Positions 14,051 through 28,464 of a DNA stretch of 64,000 nt are shown here, one piece after another. This stretch comes from Octopus sinensis. Taxonomy: Eukaryota. Below the pieces are notes generated by a model that was given only the letters and a program-made list of their open reading frames with translations, made no database searches and had not been told where the DNA came from. The DNA is taken from NCBI RefSeq assembly GCF_006345805.1, contig NC_043017.1, positions 2,046,001 to 2,110,000 of the forward strand, in the 5' to 3' direction. The translations under genes and the position numbers were made by a program. Numbering within the stretch: position 1 is the stretch's first letter; the number at the start of each line of letters is the position of its first letter.

Positions 14051-15064
14051 TATTTGTTTTCCGTGAAAGTTTGGCGCGCTGTTAGTTGGGGCATTGAATT
14101 ATAACGTCGGATGTATCAATTGAAACCACGGCGTATTTATCGTTATGGTAAAATCTGGCGTGTGATGAGTGGATTTCATCCAGATAGTTTTGGCTGACGA
14201 GCTACAAATGGATTTTTTTTGTAAGTAAAATTACATTTAATCATTAATAGCGAAACAATTGTCCCAAAATAATCTGTATTTTTGTTATTTTTTATTTGCC
14301 CTGTCCGTGTGAGCTAACAACGTACTGACTTTCATGGAACAGTATTTCGTGGTTGAAACCTTTTGGATTAACTGGTGCTAGAGTGAGCCATATAGTGACC
14401 ACTCTCTTATATTATTTTGTAAAAATATTATAATATGTTATAAATATATAATAATCCAGGTTTCTCGGAGCACTAGGCCACTTGGTGTTGAATAGATATA
14501 CTATTAATAGTATCTAATTCTCTCACCCTTATAATTAATTATATTATGCTGCATTTATTTCTAAATGCTGTATATTTGTTTTCCGTGAAAGTTTGGCGCG
14601 CTGTTAGTTGGGGCATTGAATTATACGTCGGATGTAATCAATTGAACCACAGCGTATTATCGTTATGGTAAAATCTGTGTGATTGAGTGGATTCATCAGA
14701 TAGTTTTGGCTGACGAGCTACAAATGGATTTTTTTTGTAAGTAAAATTACATTTAATTCATTAATAGCGAAACAATTGTCCAAAATAATCTGTATTTTTG
14801 TTATTTTTTATTGCCCTGTCCGTGTGAGCTAACAATTGTACTGACTTTCATGGGAAACATGTATTTCGTGGTTGAAACCTTTTGGATTAACTGGTGCTAG
14901 AGTGAGCCATATAGTGACCACTCTCTTCTATTTATTTTGTAAAAATATTATAATATGTTATAAAATATTATAATAATCCAGGTTTCTCGGAGCACTAGGC
15001 CACTTGGTGTTGAATAGATATACTATTAAATTAGTATCTAATTCTCTCACCCTTATTAATTAAT
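14051..15064 (+). repeat. Tandem duplication of a roughly 490-bp unit
   Basis: 14051-14540 and 14573-15064 are colinear; differences are mostly 1-nt indels. Confidence 0.95.
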
Positions 15065-15114
15065 ATATATGTGTATATATATATATATGTGTATATTATA
15101 TATATATATATATA

Positions 15115-15162
<48 letters not shown>

Positions 15163-15210
15163 CATATATTATACATATATATACATATATATATATACAT
15201 ATATAGATAC

Positions 15211-15258
<48 letters not shown>

Positions 15259-15949
15259 TATACATATATATATATAATATTATATATATACAAACATACA
15301 TACATTTATATGAGAGAGACTGGGAGAGAAACAGATATTGATAGATAAATTATTTATATTTCATGTCTATCTGTCTGTTCTTATATAGAAGTGAATGAAT
15401 AAAACTACGTATGAATGCGAGCCTCTATACCTACATTTATATGTGTGTACATATAGAGACGCGCGTGCGCCTCCACACCTATCATAATATCATTTTGTAT
15501 TATCAAATTACACTCAGTTACAATTATAACTATTCGGTACACCTCATCTCATATGACTCATTCTGCGCAACACTATATAATAAATTGAGTTTCAACTTCA
15601 ATAGATTGGATTCACCAATCATTGATAGACAAAATTGTGAGACTGACGATGATGGATTACAATCAAAGCTGTAACAATTCTTGGTCAAAACCCAATGAAA
15701 AACAAAGAATTTAGTTACATGATTTAGTTAGAAGAAGCTATACGAGTGGAGTAATATATGAAGTATATAACATACTGCGAATGGACATAAGTAATATGTC
15801 GCTTCTCTGCATTAATGCAAAACGTCACAACGTTTATCAATTTCTTGTTGTGTGGACAAAGAAAACGCAGAGTAAAATTCCCAAAGTAATAACAATATTA
15901 TTTCATACGTTCTCCCAGTCATAACAAAAAGACCTCGTATAATAATCTT

Positions 15950-16142
15950 TTCTACTATAGGACCAAGGACTGATATTTTTGGTAGAAGGGGGCCAGTAGA
16001 TTACAGGAACCCCTGTGCGTAACTGGTACTTAATTTATCGAACACAAAAGGTTGAAAGGTGAAGTCGACTTCGGTAGAATTTGAACTCAGAACATAAAAG
16101 ACTGACGAAATACCGCTAAGCACCTCTCCCAGCTCGCCGCAC
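15950..16142 (-). mobile_element. SINE family B
   Basis: Reverse complement of the family B core. Confidence 0.85.
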
Positions 16143-16202
16143 TAAGACCTCGCATGATAATAACGCATATATATATATATATTATATATATATATATATA
16201 TA

Positions 16203-16590
16203 CTTTTACTTGTTTCATTCATTTGACTGTGGCCATGCTGGAGCACCGCCTTTAGTCGAGCGAATCGATCCAGCACTTATTCTTTGTAATCCTTGTACTT
16301 AGTCTTTCGGTCACTTTTGCCGAACTAAGTTACGGGGACGTAAACACACCAGCAACGGTTGACAAGTGATGTTGGGGAGACAAAGATAGACATACAAACA
16401 CACACACACATGTATATATACATATATACGACGGGCTTCTTTCAGTTTCCGTCTACCAAATCTACACACAAGGCTTTGGTCGGCCCGAGGCTATAGTAGA
16501 AGACACTTGCCCAAGGTGCCACGCAGTGGGACTGAACCCGGAACCGTGTGGTTGGTAAGCAATCTCCATACTACACAGCCACTCCTACAG
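16203..16590 (-). mobile_element. SINE family A, full-length
   Basis: Colinear reverse complement of 50755-51155. Confidence 0.9.
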
Positions 16591-17291
16591 ATCATACCAT
16601 ATCTGTTGAGAAGGCCAAGCATCAACAATGCGTTGAGGTACGGAATCAAGTGTTTTTAACTCTTTTAATCAAATTTCTTGTCGCCACATAAACTCAAGTG
16701 GGAAGAAAAAAATTCTTTTTTTTTATGGGAGTGAGATAACCCCAAAATATCGGAAAGCGATAATGAAAAAGAAGAATCTATGCCCAAACCAGGATGAAAC
16801 GCATGAGAGTTAATGAGGGAACGTATTGTCGTCAATATAAATTATTACAAAAAACTTTGTAGAAAAATTGAACGCCATTGGCCAATAATGAAATGTGTTA
16901 CTCTTATACAATAAAACAACACGACATATTGACGAAATGCACAAGAACACACTGTGACACTAATGTGGGAGTTTTGCCACATCGTTCTCTCTCTTATGAT
17001 CATGCTCCGTCTGATTATTAGCTTCTGACATTATGATGACATTATTTGAAGTGGAGAACAGTGTTAATAGTGAAGAAGCTCAAGGTGTTTCTGCGTATTG
17101 TTTTTGTTCGTAATATGAAGAATTTTACGTCTGAGAGATCGATAATTCGCTAAATAGAAGGGGTTAGGATATCAATAAGGAAGGTGGGTGTATATATATA
17201 TATACATAGAGAGAGAGAGAGAGAGAGAAATAGATAGATAAACAAAGATAGATAGATAGATAGATAGACAAAGATAGATAGACCGATAGAC

Positions 17292-17327
<36 letters not shown>

Positions 17328-18374
17328 TTATAACAACAGTAAGGTAAGAAACCAATGAAGAACGAATACATATTACGTGTGTTTAATTGGCAAAAAATGA
17401 TGACCGTCCCGAAATACAACAATGTCTGTTTCATTTGCTCGACTAAAAGCCGGTGCTCCAGCATGGCAGCAGTCAAATGACTGAAACAAATAAAGAATAA
17501 AAGAAAAGAAAAAGATAGAATGTACTCATCTACTGCAGCCTCCTTCATATTTCCTTGGCTTTCTAAATTCCATTCCAGGAATATTTTGCCTTTATTTGAC
17601 TTGAAAATCGTACATTAAAGTCGTACTAAGAAGGGTAGAGAGGTCGAACACGAAACTGCGATGTTGTGAGGCGCAGCATTACCCACACGCCAGATACATA
17701 TACACTTACATGTGCACAGATGAACACTCACACACACATCTAGAGAGAGCTATATCTATATAGACATTCAGATATGTTTATATAAATAATTATACATGCA
17801 TATGTATGTGCGACGTACTTATATACGTATATATGTGTATAGGTATGTATGTACGTCTTCAGATTCAATGGAAACTTTTCGTAGATCTGCCACCAAAAGT
17901 CTGCGTCATTTTTAAAAGCTCCCTGTTTTAATCTAATTCTTCTATGTTTCAATGAAGTTAATCAACTGGAAGATATCACAAGTTCTTACAGCAAGCAAAC
18001 CCACCAATAAAACATCATCAATAAAACATCACGAAAAAAATAAAAAAACAATACAAAACTAACAGTAAATTATACCAAAATGTGAATTTATATATTTTTT
18101 TTCAATATATATATATAACAATCTTGGTTTGTTAGATTATGTTGTTCTTTATCTTATTTTCCGATTCTGCTTCATTCTTTCTTTCTTGTGATTAAACTCC
18201 AGCTTCCACGGCAACAATAACCACAGCAAATGCGAAACAAAATGAAGAGTGATTACGTTTTATTTAGAGATGTTTTATGTGTATCTACCCCAAGACTCAT
18301 TAGAACCATTGTTGTCCTTAGTTAGTTCATACCGACACATTTGCTGTCCTTGTTTCTTTCAACACCCTGCATTC

Positions 18375-18410
<36 letters not shown>

Positions 18411-18600
18411 CACGCGCGCCGCTCATACACAAAATAGATACATATGCACACATACACACCACACCATACACTACACAGTCCATTATATCAAACGAAGTGT
18501 GTATACATTCGAATAGATATATAGATGTGTATGTTTGTGTGTGTATGTATATATATATATATATATATATATACATTTATGTGTGTATATAGGTATGTAA

Positions 18601-18655
<55 letters not shown>

Positions 18656-19642
18656 CATATATAAGTGTATACATAACTACATATACATTCATACATTAGC
18701 ATAAATGTAATATATGTACATATATATATATATATGCATATATATATATGTGTGCATATATATATATATATGTTTGTGTGTATACGCATATATTTTGTGA
18801 CATGTCTATGTATGTCTGCATATGTATATGTGTGTGTGTTTGTTTTTCTCTGTGTGCACCTCTTACATATACATACAATGCTGTATCTATGTATGTATAT
18901 GTAATTGGCATGTGTTTCTGCGTATGAATACGTACCTACATACATGTACACTGGGAGCTATTGTCTATGTCACAACCTCTGTATATACACAATAATATAT
19001 AAAAACGCTCACATGCATCTATAACACATATATTTGCATCCATTCATACGAATGAAGCCAAAAAAAATATATATATTTTGTGAATCAATGAAGAAATTAA
19101 TTCTGAAAATCTGAAATTGTCCAATTGCTCTTTGTTGTCGAGGGCAATAGGATTATTTCAACTTTACTGACAACATACTAAGACACAAATATAACTTGGT
19201 TCATTAATGAAAGTTTACACACGGAAGCAGATACAAAAAAAGACATGGAACCGAGGCATACACAAAAGAGCAACCAAACAAACAGAGATTCGTCTGCACA
19301 TGTAAATGCTCACACTCAAACGTATATGCATACGTACATACATAAATACATAGATACATACATACGCATTGAAATGTGGATATACGCACGAGCATAGCAG
19401 AAGCAGAATAATGCATATGCTACCCATCAAACATCCGTTAACGTATGGATATGAAGAGACTGATAAATATAGATATATATATATATACACTTTAATTTAA
19501 ATAGATTCTTAGAGAGATTAAATAAGAATCACACGTATACATACATTCATACAAAAGTGCATACAAAGACAAACACACACATACAATTATGGATATCTAT
19601 CTATATATATATATATCTTCCTATCTGTCTCTCTCACTCACT

Positions 19643-19673
<31 letters not shown>

Positions 19674-19674
19674 C

Positions 19675-19709
<35 letters not shown>

Positions 19710-19739
19710 AATGTGTGTGTGTGGAGCGCGGATATCTAT

Positions 19740-19880
19740 ATGTTCTTTTCATTCTCTCTCCGCTTATCTTCTCTTATTCGCTTCTGCTGAAGAGCGTAAG
19801 CTCGAAATCTTAAAGACTTTCATTTTTCCCGAGCGTCAGAGTAATACACTTCCTTGGTGTTCATAGACCTGTCTTTGTCT
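19740..19880 (+). mobile_element. PLE-like terminal fragment with a degenerate hammerhead motif (19780-19815)
   Basis: Homologous to 40840-41035; CTGCTGA-A-GAGC(GTAA)GCTC-GAAATCTT-AAAG. Confidence 0.6.
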
Positions 19881-20374
19881 TTTGTTTTTCTATAAGTGCT
19901 AATCTTTTTAAAATAGACTTCCACCTATCCAGAATAAAAGTTTTTGCAAAATATCGTTATATCCAAAGCTTGAAACGTAGAAATACGTCTACCGAGACCT
20001 GTATTAGGCACATCATAGCTCACCTAAAAAGATCATGAGCTAATTATTAAATATGTGATCTATAACTGATGAAACAAGGCCTTAAGCTTCTTGGGAAAGA
20101 GAACCAAAGAAGGGTCAAGTGGATATTTGAAGGGGACTCAAAAATGTTCTCTTTTTACGAACCTGCTTCGACAAACCAGTTTTAAAAGTGATACTTCGAA
20201 GTAATTATTCACACTTAATAGTAACACACACGCACACGTGTGTATGTGTGTGTGTGCCTGTGTGTGTATAGTTTATCCTTCTATTTGAACTGTACACGAC
20301 TCTCTGTGAGAAAGTGTGAGTGTAAGTGCCTGTGTGTTGTCTGTAGGTGCGCGTGTGTCTGAGTGAGAGAGACT

Positions 20375-20406
<32 letters not shown>

Positions 20407-20841
20407 GTGGTGGAGCGAGACTATGTTTTCTTGTAATTTTATTCACTTTCGCTATTATTCCTCCGGCGATTCTGAAATCCGTTGCCCAATTAGAAATTTT
20501 CTGTATATCGTGTTGTTCCAAAGTCATATCCTAGAATACAAGCTGTTTGCTATGTTCAATATCACTTCTTTGTAGATTAGTGAATTGGTCGATGTTGTCA
20601 CTTTCTCCATGTAATATTTGTCGCTCTTAAATCAGTAAACCTACCTAGTTGAACTAGCTTTAATTTACATGGAAATTTCAGGAGAAATCTTTGTGCAATT
20701 TCTGAGCGGCCTTCACAAGTATGCTATTGTTTCAGAACTTCAAGCATTTCTATATACATGTTCCACATACATTAATAGAAGGATGTTCAATTATGGCCGT
20801 ACCGAGATTTTTCTGTTCTGTTTGTCCGTCTTATTCGCTGT

Positions 20842-20975
20842 GGCTGGTGGTAAGAAAATCGTTTCCCAATAATATGGTCACGGGTTCGGTCCCACTGCGT
20901 TCCATCTTGTTTATGTGTCTCCACTATAACCACGAACTGGCGAAACCTTGTAAGGGGATTTGTTACATAGTAATT
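20842..20975 (+). mobile_element. SINE A 5' part
   Basis: gtggctggtggtaag...gggttcggtcccactgcg. Confidence 0.65.
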
Positions 20976-21305
20976 GAAAGGAGCTTGTTTTATATATACA
21001 TACATTCATACATACACACACACACACAGATATATATATATACAAACACCTGCTTGTTGTTCATACACCTGTCTTCGTATTTTGTTTTTCTGTAAATTTC
21101 AACTATATTTGCATATATGAGTGTTTGTGTGTGCTTTTGCGTATGTATGTATGTATGTGTGTTCGAAGGTATTTATATATGCATACTCTCATGTGTGTAT
21201 GTATGAGTTGGTTGTTCATAAATTATCTGTACAAATTCCAAGACTGTTGTATCTATTAGATTTAGATAGATAAATAGACAGATAGATAGCTAGCTAGCTA
21301 GCTAG

Positions 21306-21338
<33 letters not shown>

Positions 21339-23196
21339 AATATATATATATATAAAATATATATATATATATAGATAGATAGATAGATTGATAGATATGT
21401 CAAAGATAGTTAAGCGGGAATTGTATAGAAAAATGAAGGAACATAAGGTTTTGTTTTCAGTCAATAAATAATTCTATACATATTTCATGCATTAATATAA
21501 ATATAATACATACACCTTCAGGAAAAATAAACTGAAATTTGCTGTTAATTTATTAAGCAATATATAAAACATACACAAAATATAAAACATGGAATTAATA
21601 TATTTAATTTGTGGAAAACATTCACACGATTTTCTCGGTTTTACACGTACGCTTTTAATGATCTTCAGATAATATCTTACCGATGAAGTACATTTTGTCG
21701 ACACCGAATTGCCAATATTTCAATTATTTCTCATATATTTACACTTGGAATGCTGTCATAATTTAGGATCGATGTAACAGCACCAACATCTTAGATATTT
21801 ACCAATTTCTCGTTCGTTTTATTTATTCAAATTCGCACACTTATCACTTGTGTAAATGCTTGCTGTGAATTTAGCTGTGATAATCTCGCCTTCACTTTCT
21901 ATTATCTGAAAAATGTGACTGTTTGGCGGTGTTAAATATGAAGATAGATATAAGAACACTCAAAAGAGAACGAATATCGTACATAGTATACTATCAGATG
22001 AAAATGTCAACTGTCTCTGATATTCTAGTTTTCAATAACCATAGAAATTCTGTCTATATTGAACATTTTTATATTTTCATACTTACATATATATATATAT
22101 ATATATAATATATATATAATATATAATATCTATATATATATATATGAGTGTATTTATAAAACTTAATAATTAATAATTAATAATTTATGTTCAAGTTTTT
22201 TAATAACTATTTCTATTCTTATCTGATAATAATTGAATTTTATACTGTATATATCTATATTATTATGGTTGTCGTTTTGATAAATAAATAAGTCAACATT
22301 TTAATATCCTAAAGCTGGTGAACCAACTAATGTGCTTCTCCATTTTCTTATTTGTAATATATATATATATATATATATATATTTCGATTAATCCCTCACA
22401 ATTCTATCACTTGAAAGTAAACATGATTTATAAGTTTGTATCTCGAAATATGTTTTCTGGAACCATTTTTATTTATTTGGGGTTTTCTTTTCATTACCCC
22501 CCACCACCACCATCTGTGTTCTTCAGGAGACAGAAAGAAATTGAACGTATATCGCTGGGGGTATGGAAGCTTTGAGTTGCAATGAAAACTGGGTGTTTCC
22601 TTGATATGTTGTTTCAATAGTTGAAAAGTTTTCTGCTTTATTAAAATGACATGAATTTACACTCGATCCGATGTGTTGCTAGATATATGAAGCGCGCACA
22701 TTTCTTTGGCTTTTTATCACATTTATTTTCATTATATATTTATTTATCGCTATTCTTAATTTCGTTTTATGTGTGTGTTTTTTATTTATTCTTCAATGAC
22801 ACATTAGTCCCAGCCAGAACGTTCGAGAAAATAAATGCTGATAAAGAGATCGAATACATCAAGCTAATTACATTCATACATGCTTCTAGTCTTTCTGGGT
22901 GTATGATATCATAGCTCGAAACCATTCTGTGAGAGCCGAAAGTTCAAATTTGCCATGAGTCATTCAAATTGCCCTTCAAATATGTTCTAATGCATTCATA
23001 TATACGAACACACACGCGCTCGCGCACACACGCACACATGCACACAAATATATATACGCAGGAAACACAAACGCATACATTTATGATATATATATATGAT
23101 AAATGAAACTACCCATACTTATATATATATATATACATACGTATTTATATATATATATACATATATATGTGTGTATATATATATATATATATACAG

Positions 23197-23249
<53 letters not shown>

Positions 23250-23270
23250 TAGAGATAGATAGATAGATAT

Positions 23271-23322
<52 letters not shown>

Positions 23323-23364
23323 ATACATACATACATACATACATCCATACATACATTCGGCTAT

Positions 23365-23436
23365 TTCTCCATAGTACAGTGGTTAATATTGCCGCCTATC
23401 ACGCGGGAGACCAGAGTTCGATTCCCTGCCGGAAAT
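23365..23436 (+). pseudogene. tRNA-Asp-like pseudogene (anticodon ATC instead of GTC)
   Basis: 72 nt colinear with metazoan tRNA-Asp(GTC): TAGTACAGTGGTTA A-box, CCGCCTATCACGCGGGAGAC arm, GTTCGATTCCC B-box; three acceptor-stem mismatches. Confidence 0.8.
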
Positions 23437-23511
23437 TCAATATTCGATCTTTCAAGGCTATGTATGAGTGTGTATACATACATACATACATACAAACATA
23501 CATATATATAT

Positions 23512-23820
23512 GGAGGCGCAATAGCTCAGGGGCTGGGGTAGCGAACTCGCGGTTGTAGGATCGCGGTTTCAATTCCCTGACCGGGCCTTGTGAGTGCTTA
23601 TTGAGCGAAAACAACTAAAGCTCCACGCGGCTCCGGCGAAGGGTGGTGGTGAACCCTGCTGTACTCTTTCGCCATAATTTTCTCTTACTCTGTCTTCTGT
23701 TGGCCTGCTCGCTTAGCCAGCGGGGTGGCGTCATTTGAAGACTAAAACAATGCGAAGCGCATTGTGACCAGCAATGTGTAGCAACATCTGATGGCTTGGC
23801 CGGTCACGTGATCACGTGAT
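23512..23820 (+). mobile_element. tRNA-headed SINE family E, full-length
   Basis: Head and centre shared with 30985 and 63591; 3' tail (cacgtgatcacgtga) shared with 40464-40583. Confidence 0.85.
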
Positions 23821-24997
23821 ATACATATATATATATATATATATATATTTAATAAATATCCTGGAAACAGCTGTAAGACCTTCTATCTATAAATGTTCTA
23901 AAATCTACACAACCTTGCTATTTTTTATCTCATTCCAAAAGAAAATATTGCATATATATATATGTGTGTATATATATGCGAATATCTATGTGTTTGTCTG
24001 TATATCTGTCTGTCTATCTGTATGTATGTATTTTTAATGGGGACGCGTATGGGCGCCTGAAATTTCCCAACCTCGCTGCATACTATATAAAATTCACAGT
24101 TCATCAAATATTTATTTAATTAATAATTCCCGTTCTGTAGATATAGAATGAAATTTATGCACAAAGGGTTTCTCACACGCACATCTACACACCTAGGCAG
24201 AGGCAGTCATAGACATATTTCTATTTAATAGAAACCATATATCTATACTATATATGTGTGTGTTTCTATTTGTACGTTCTAAATTTTTGTATGTGTTTTA
24301 GTAACGAGTATTTGCTCTCGAATCAGACTTGGTAGCAACCTATATTCAACGCTAATGAAGGCAGCTGCAGTGCTGATTATTTTGTACTCTTAGACAAACA
24401 TGTATCTCAATGCCTCACTTTTCATTGTACAAAACTGCATATATTCCAGCGAACATTTGCAAAGGTTACCATTCCGATATAATTTCGCGTAATAATAATT
24501 TAAGATATATTCCAAATCCCAGCTTCGAGATGGAAGAAAACAAATAATTATATAACTAAATTCTTAATTATTTTAAAAGTTAATTACTTAATATACACCA
24601 ATAGTATATTTCATTAGATACTTGGTCACAAAAGGCTTAGAATCTATATTTAATTTCACCGCTTAATATTAATATCATTTTTATGTTTGTTAATGTATAT
24701 ATTTAATATCGTTTATAGTTCAACCATAATTTGAGTATGATATCGAGTTGCAGTTATTGAGGCTCTTCATGTAGAATTAGAAACATCATTTTTATGATAA
24801 ATCTCCTTGAAGTTAAGAGTAACATAAATTTCACAACATATCCATTAATCCCAGTTAAATGTGAGTGCATCTTTTTAATTAATACACATGCTCATTAGTT
24901 TGTCGGTTACTTTTTATGTTATTAGCTCTGATAGTAGTAAATGAATAATAATAATAATGATAATAATGATAACAACAACAACAACAACAACAACAAC

Positions 24998-25028
<31 letters not shown>

Positions 25029-25029
25029 T

Positions 25030-25248
25030 ATAAAAAAAAATATTCAGACAAATACATAACAAAAACAGCAGGACTTACAAACACATATAACATACAGAAA
25101 ATTGCACTACTAGGCACTGCACACATCCTACGCAGAACACTTTCCATACAATAACCATCAGAGCATCACAACAAATCACAGCACATACCCAAGGCACACA
25201 GAGCTGCACGCGGTAGTGAAGTGAAAGCACGCTATAAAAATAAAACTA

Positions 25249-25251
<3 letters not shown>
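25030..25251 (+). mobile_element. Short 3'-end copy of the R4/Dong element
   Basis: Near-identical to 27369-27588 (encodes ...IQKIALLGTAHILRRTLSIQ* plus 3' UTR); bounded by (AAT)n on both sides. Confidence 0.92.
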
Positions 25252-25282
<31 letters not shown>

Positions 25283-27585
25283 GGAATGCAAAAAAAGCTG
25301 GCTGAAAACTTTAACAAAGTACTAGCAGAGCCAGAGACAATGCCTGAATGGCTCACGAAGGGGAAAACCATCTTAATTCCCAAATCAAATGTAACAGAAA
25401 AACCAGAAAACTACAGACCAATAACCTGCCTCCCTACTATGTTCAAGGCATTTACTGCAGTGATATCACAAAGGCTGAACAAGCACCTGGACGAAAACAA
25501 ACTGTTCCCAGAAGAGCAGAAATGATGCCGCAAAGGCTCATATGGCTGTAAAGATCAACTAATGATTAATAAAGCCATAACTGAAGACAGCCACAGAAAG
25601 AAGAAAGGCCTCAGTATGGCCTGGATTGACTACAAAAAGGCGTTTGATAGCGTTCCCCACACATGGATCCTCGAAACACTAGCCATTAACAAAGAAGCAC
25701 CAACAATCATAAAATTCATAGAGCACTCTATGAATAAATGGCAAACAGTCCTACACCTCCAAACAAAAGAGGGACTCATGAAAACCAAAGACATCCCCAT
25801 TAGAAGAGGAATATTCCAGGGAGACATGCTCTCTCCACTCCTTTTCTGCTTGGCACTATCACCTCTATCTGATATGCTAAATAGAACTGGATGCGGATAT
25901 AAATGTTACGGCAAAACGATCAGCCACCTTTTATATATGGATGACCTAAAACTATACGCTGCAAATGACAAACAGCTGGAAACACTATTAAAGATAGTTC
26001 ATGGATTTACCAAAGAAATAGATATGAAATTTGGATTAGAAAAATGCGCCAAAGTAACCCTGAAAAGAGGAAAACTAGTTAAGAGTAACAACATCACACT
26101 AGATAAAACCAATGAAATAAAAGAATTAGACCAAAGCCAAACTTACAAATACTTAGGAATCTATGAACTAGATAAGACACAACACACACAAATGAAAGAG
26201 AAAATAAAAAAAGAATATTATAGACGAGTTAGATCAATACTAAACACAGAGCTCAATGCTAAAAACAAGATAATAGGTATCAACACTTTAGCTGTCCCAG
26301 TTATAAGTTACAGCTACAATATCCTTAACTGGACACTAAATGAACTGACCAAAATAGATAGGAAAACAAGAAAAATAATGACAGGATCTAGGATGCATCA
26401 CCCAAAATCTGACATAGAAAGACTATATATACAACGTATAGAAGGTGGTAGAGGCCTTATACAGCTGGAAAACTACTATAAAATAACCACCATAGGACTG
26501 CAAAAATATCTACTTCAGAAGGAAGGAAAACTGATCCAGATAGCGGCAAAACACGAGCAAAACAAAAAACTGTTCTCAGTATTTAAGGAAGCTGACAAAT
26601 ACAAACAAGAAATCATACCACCTAATAAACATGAAGAAGAAGAAGAAGATGAAGAAACAACAAAAGCTATAAAACAAATGAAATCCAAACTAAAAATAGA
26701 ACAGCAACGAACCATGATAAAAAGATGGCAAGAAAAGCCCCTTCATGGTAAATACTGCACTAAAATAACCGCAAAAGAAATAGACAAAGAAAAATCCCAG
26801 CAATGGTTGAGAAGCTCAGGACTCAAAGCAGAAACAGAGGGATTCTTAATTGCAGCACAAGACCAAAGCCTCCCCACCAGAAATTACCAAAAACATGTAA
26901 TGAAAAGAAATATTATAAGTAACTGCAGAATATGTGGAGATGGACAAGAAACAATAAATCATATTATCTCTAGTTGCCCAGTCTTGGCTAAGAAGGAATA
27001 TATTCACAGACATGACAGAGTTGGAACCTACATACATCGGAAGCTATGCCAACATTATGGAATAACAACAGAAAAAAGATGGTATAGGCACACACCAGAA
27101 AAGGTCACAGAAAACGAGAAAGCAACCATACTCTGGGATATGCCGATACACACAGATAGAGAAATTAAGGCCAACAGACCAGATATAGTTGTCAGAGATC
27201 ATGAAGAAAAAAATGCTTTCTAATTGATGTATCAATACCGGCTGATGACAACGTGTCTCTAAAAGAAATGGAGACACTCTCAAAATACAAAGACTGGAAA
27301 TAGAGGTAACTAGAATGTGGAATCTGAAAACAGAAACAATTCCTATCATAGTAGGTGCATTAGGCATGATAAAAAAATATTCAGACAAATACATAACAAA
27401 AACACCAGGACTTACAAACACATATAACATACAGAAAATTGCACTACTAAGCACTGCACACATCCTACGCAGAACACTTTCCATACAATAACCATCAGAG
27501 CATCACAACAAATCACAGCACATACCCAAGGCACACAGAGCTGTGCTCGGTAGTGAAGTGAAAGCACGCTATAAAAATAAAACTA

Positions 27586-27588
<3 letters not shown>
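25283..27588 (+). mobile_element. 5'-truncated R4/Dong-clade non-LTR retrotransposon in (TAA)n
   Basis: RT motifs (NYRPITCL, GIFQGDMLSP, LYMDDLKLY), CRICGDGQETINHIISSC knuckle, RHD, RPDIVV..LIDVSIP endonuclease motifs; (AAT)n at both ends. Confidence 0.93.
25286..27491 (+). pseudogene. Disrupted RT-endonuclease ORF of the R4/Dong element
   Basis: ORFs 25286..25525 and 25562..27223 share a frame, separated by TGA (EEQK*CRKG); 1-nt frameshifts at about 27212 (A run) and 27295 restore ...CFLIDVSIP... and ...LEIEVTRMWNLK.... Confidence 0.9.
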
Positions 27589-27646
<58 letters not shown>

Positions 27647-27647
27647 G

Positions 27648-28464
27648 GCCCTGATGCAGTATTAGACAGTGGTTCTCATGGCTTCTGATCTTAACTGATT
27701 GAAAGTGTTATCATGTGCATTGTTTTGTCTTGGTATAAAAGCTGGGCTACAGCAACTATTCTGCTCAATACAACAGATTTGTTTGTCAGTTGTTTGACCT
27801 TATTATAATTGGTGATCTCATATCAAGATAAACAGCATATAACCTTGCAGGTGGGGCCCAGTTAGAATTTTCTTCTGGTCGAGTAACTCATCCCGCTCAA
27901 AATGTCCCTAAATAAGGGTTGTTTAAGGATGTTAAACGAAACACCCATATTTCCAGAGGTGAATTATTCAAACTCCAAAATTATAGTCTTGGTATAAAAG
28001 ATGGGCTACAGCAAATACTCTGCTCAATACTACAGATTTGCATATCAATTGTTTGACCGTAACCAGTTGAGCATGTCCCTTAGTGAATGACGATATGTGC
28101 ATCTCTGATGACGAGCAGAAGTAGTGGGGGAGCATCATAGCCATGTGTTGAGAGGGATTCTTTGGAGTTTGAATAATTCACCTCTGGAAACATGGGTGTT
28201 TCGTTTAACATCCTCAAACAAACCTTATTCAGAGACCTTTTGAGCGGGATGGGTTACTCGACCTGAAGAAAATTCTAACTGGGCCCCACCTGCAAGGTCA
28301 TGTGCTGTTTATCTTGATATGAGATTACCACGTCGCGCACATATGGTTGTGATGCATGTGCCTGGTGTACCCTTATCAGGCGGGTAGTCTTGATGGGTAT
28401 ACTGGACTTCGTATATTTTACCCCAGTGTCACTTTGATGGCATGCACAGCTCTCTCACTCACTC

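Noticed and set aside
14193-14235. CTGACGA in the duplicated unit; similar cases at 15643, 20086 and 30330
   Set aside because: No properly placed helix II plus GAAA.
27648-27730. HDV-like ribozyme at the 5' end of family D
   Set aside because: I could not find a complementary P1 3' strand or the nested pseudoknot.
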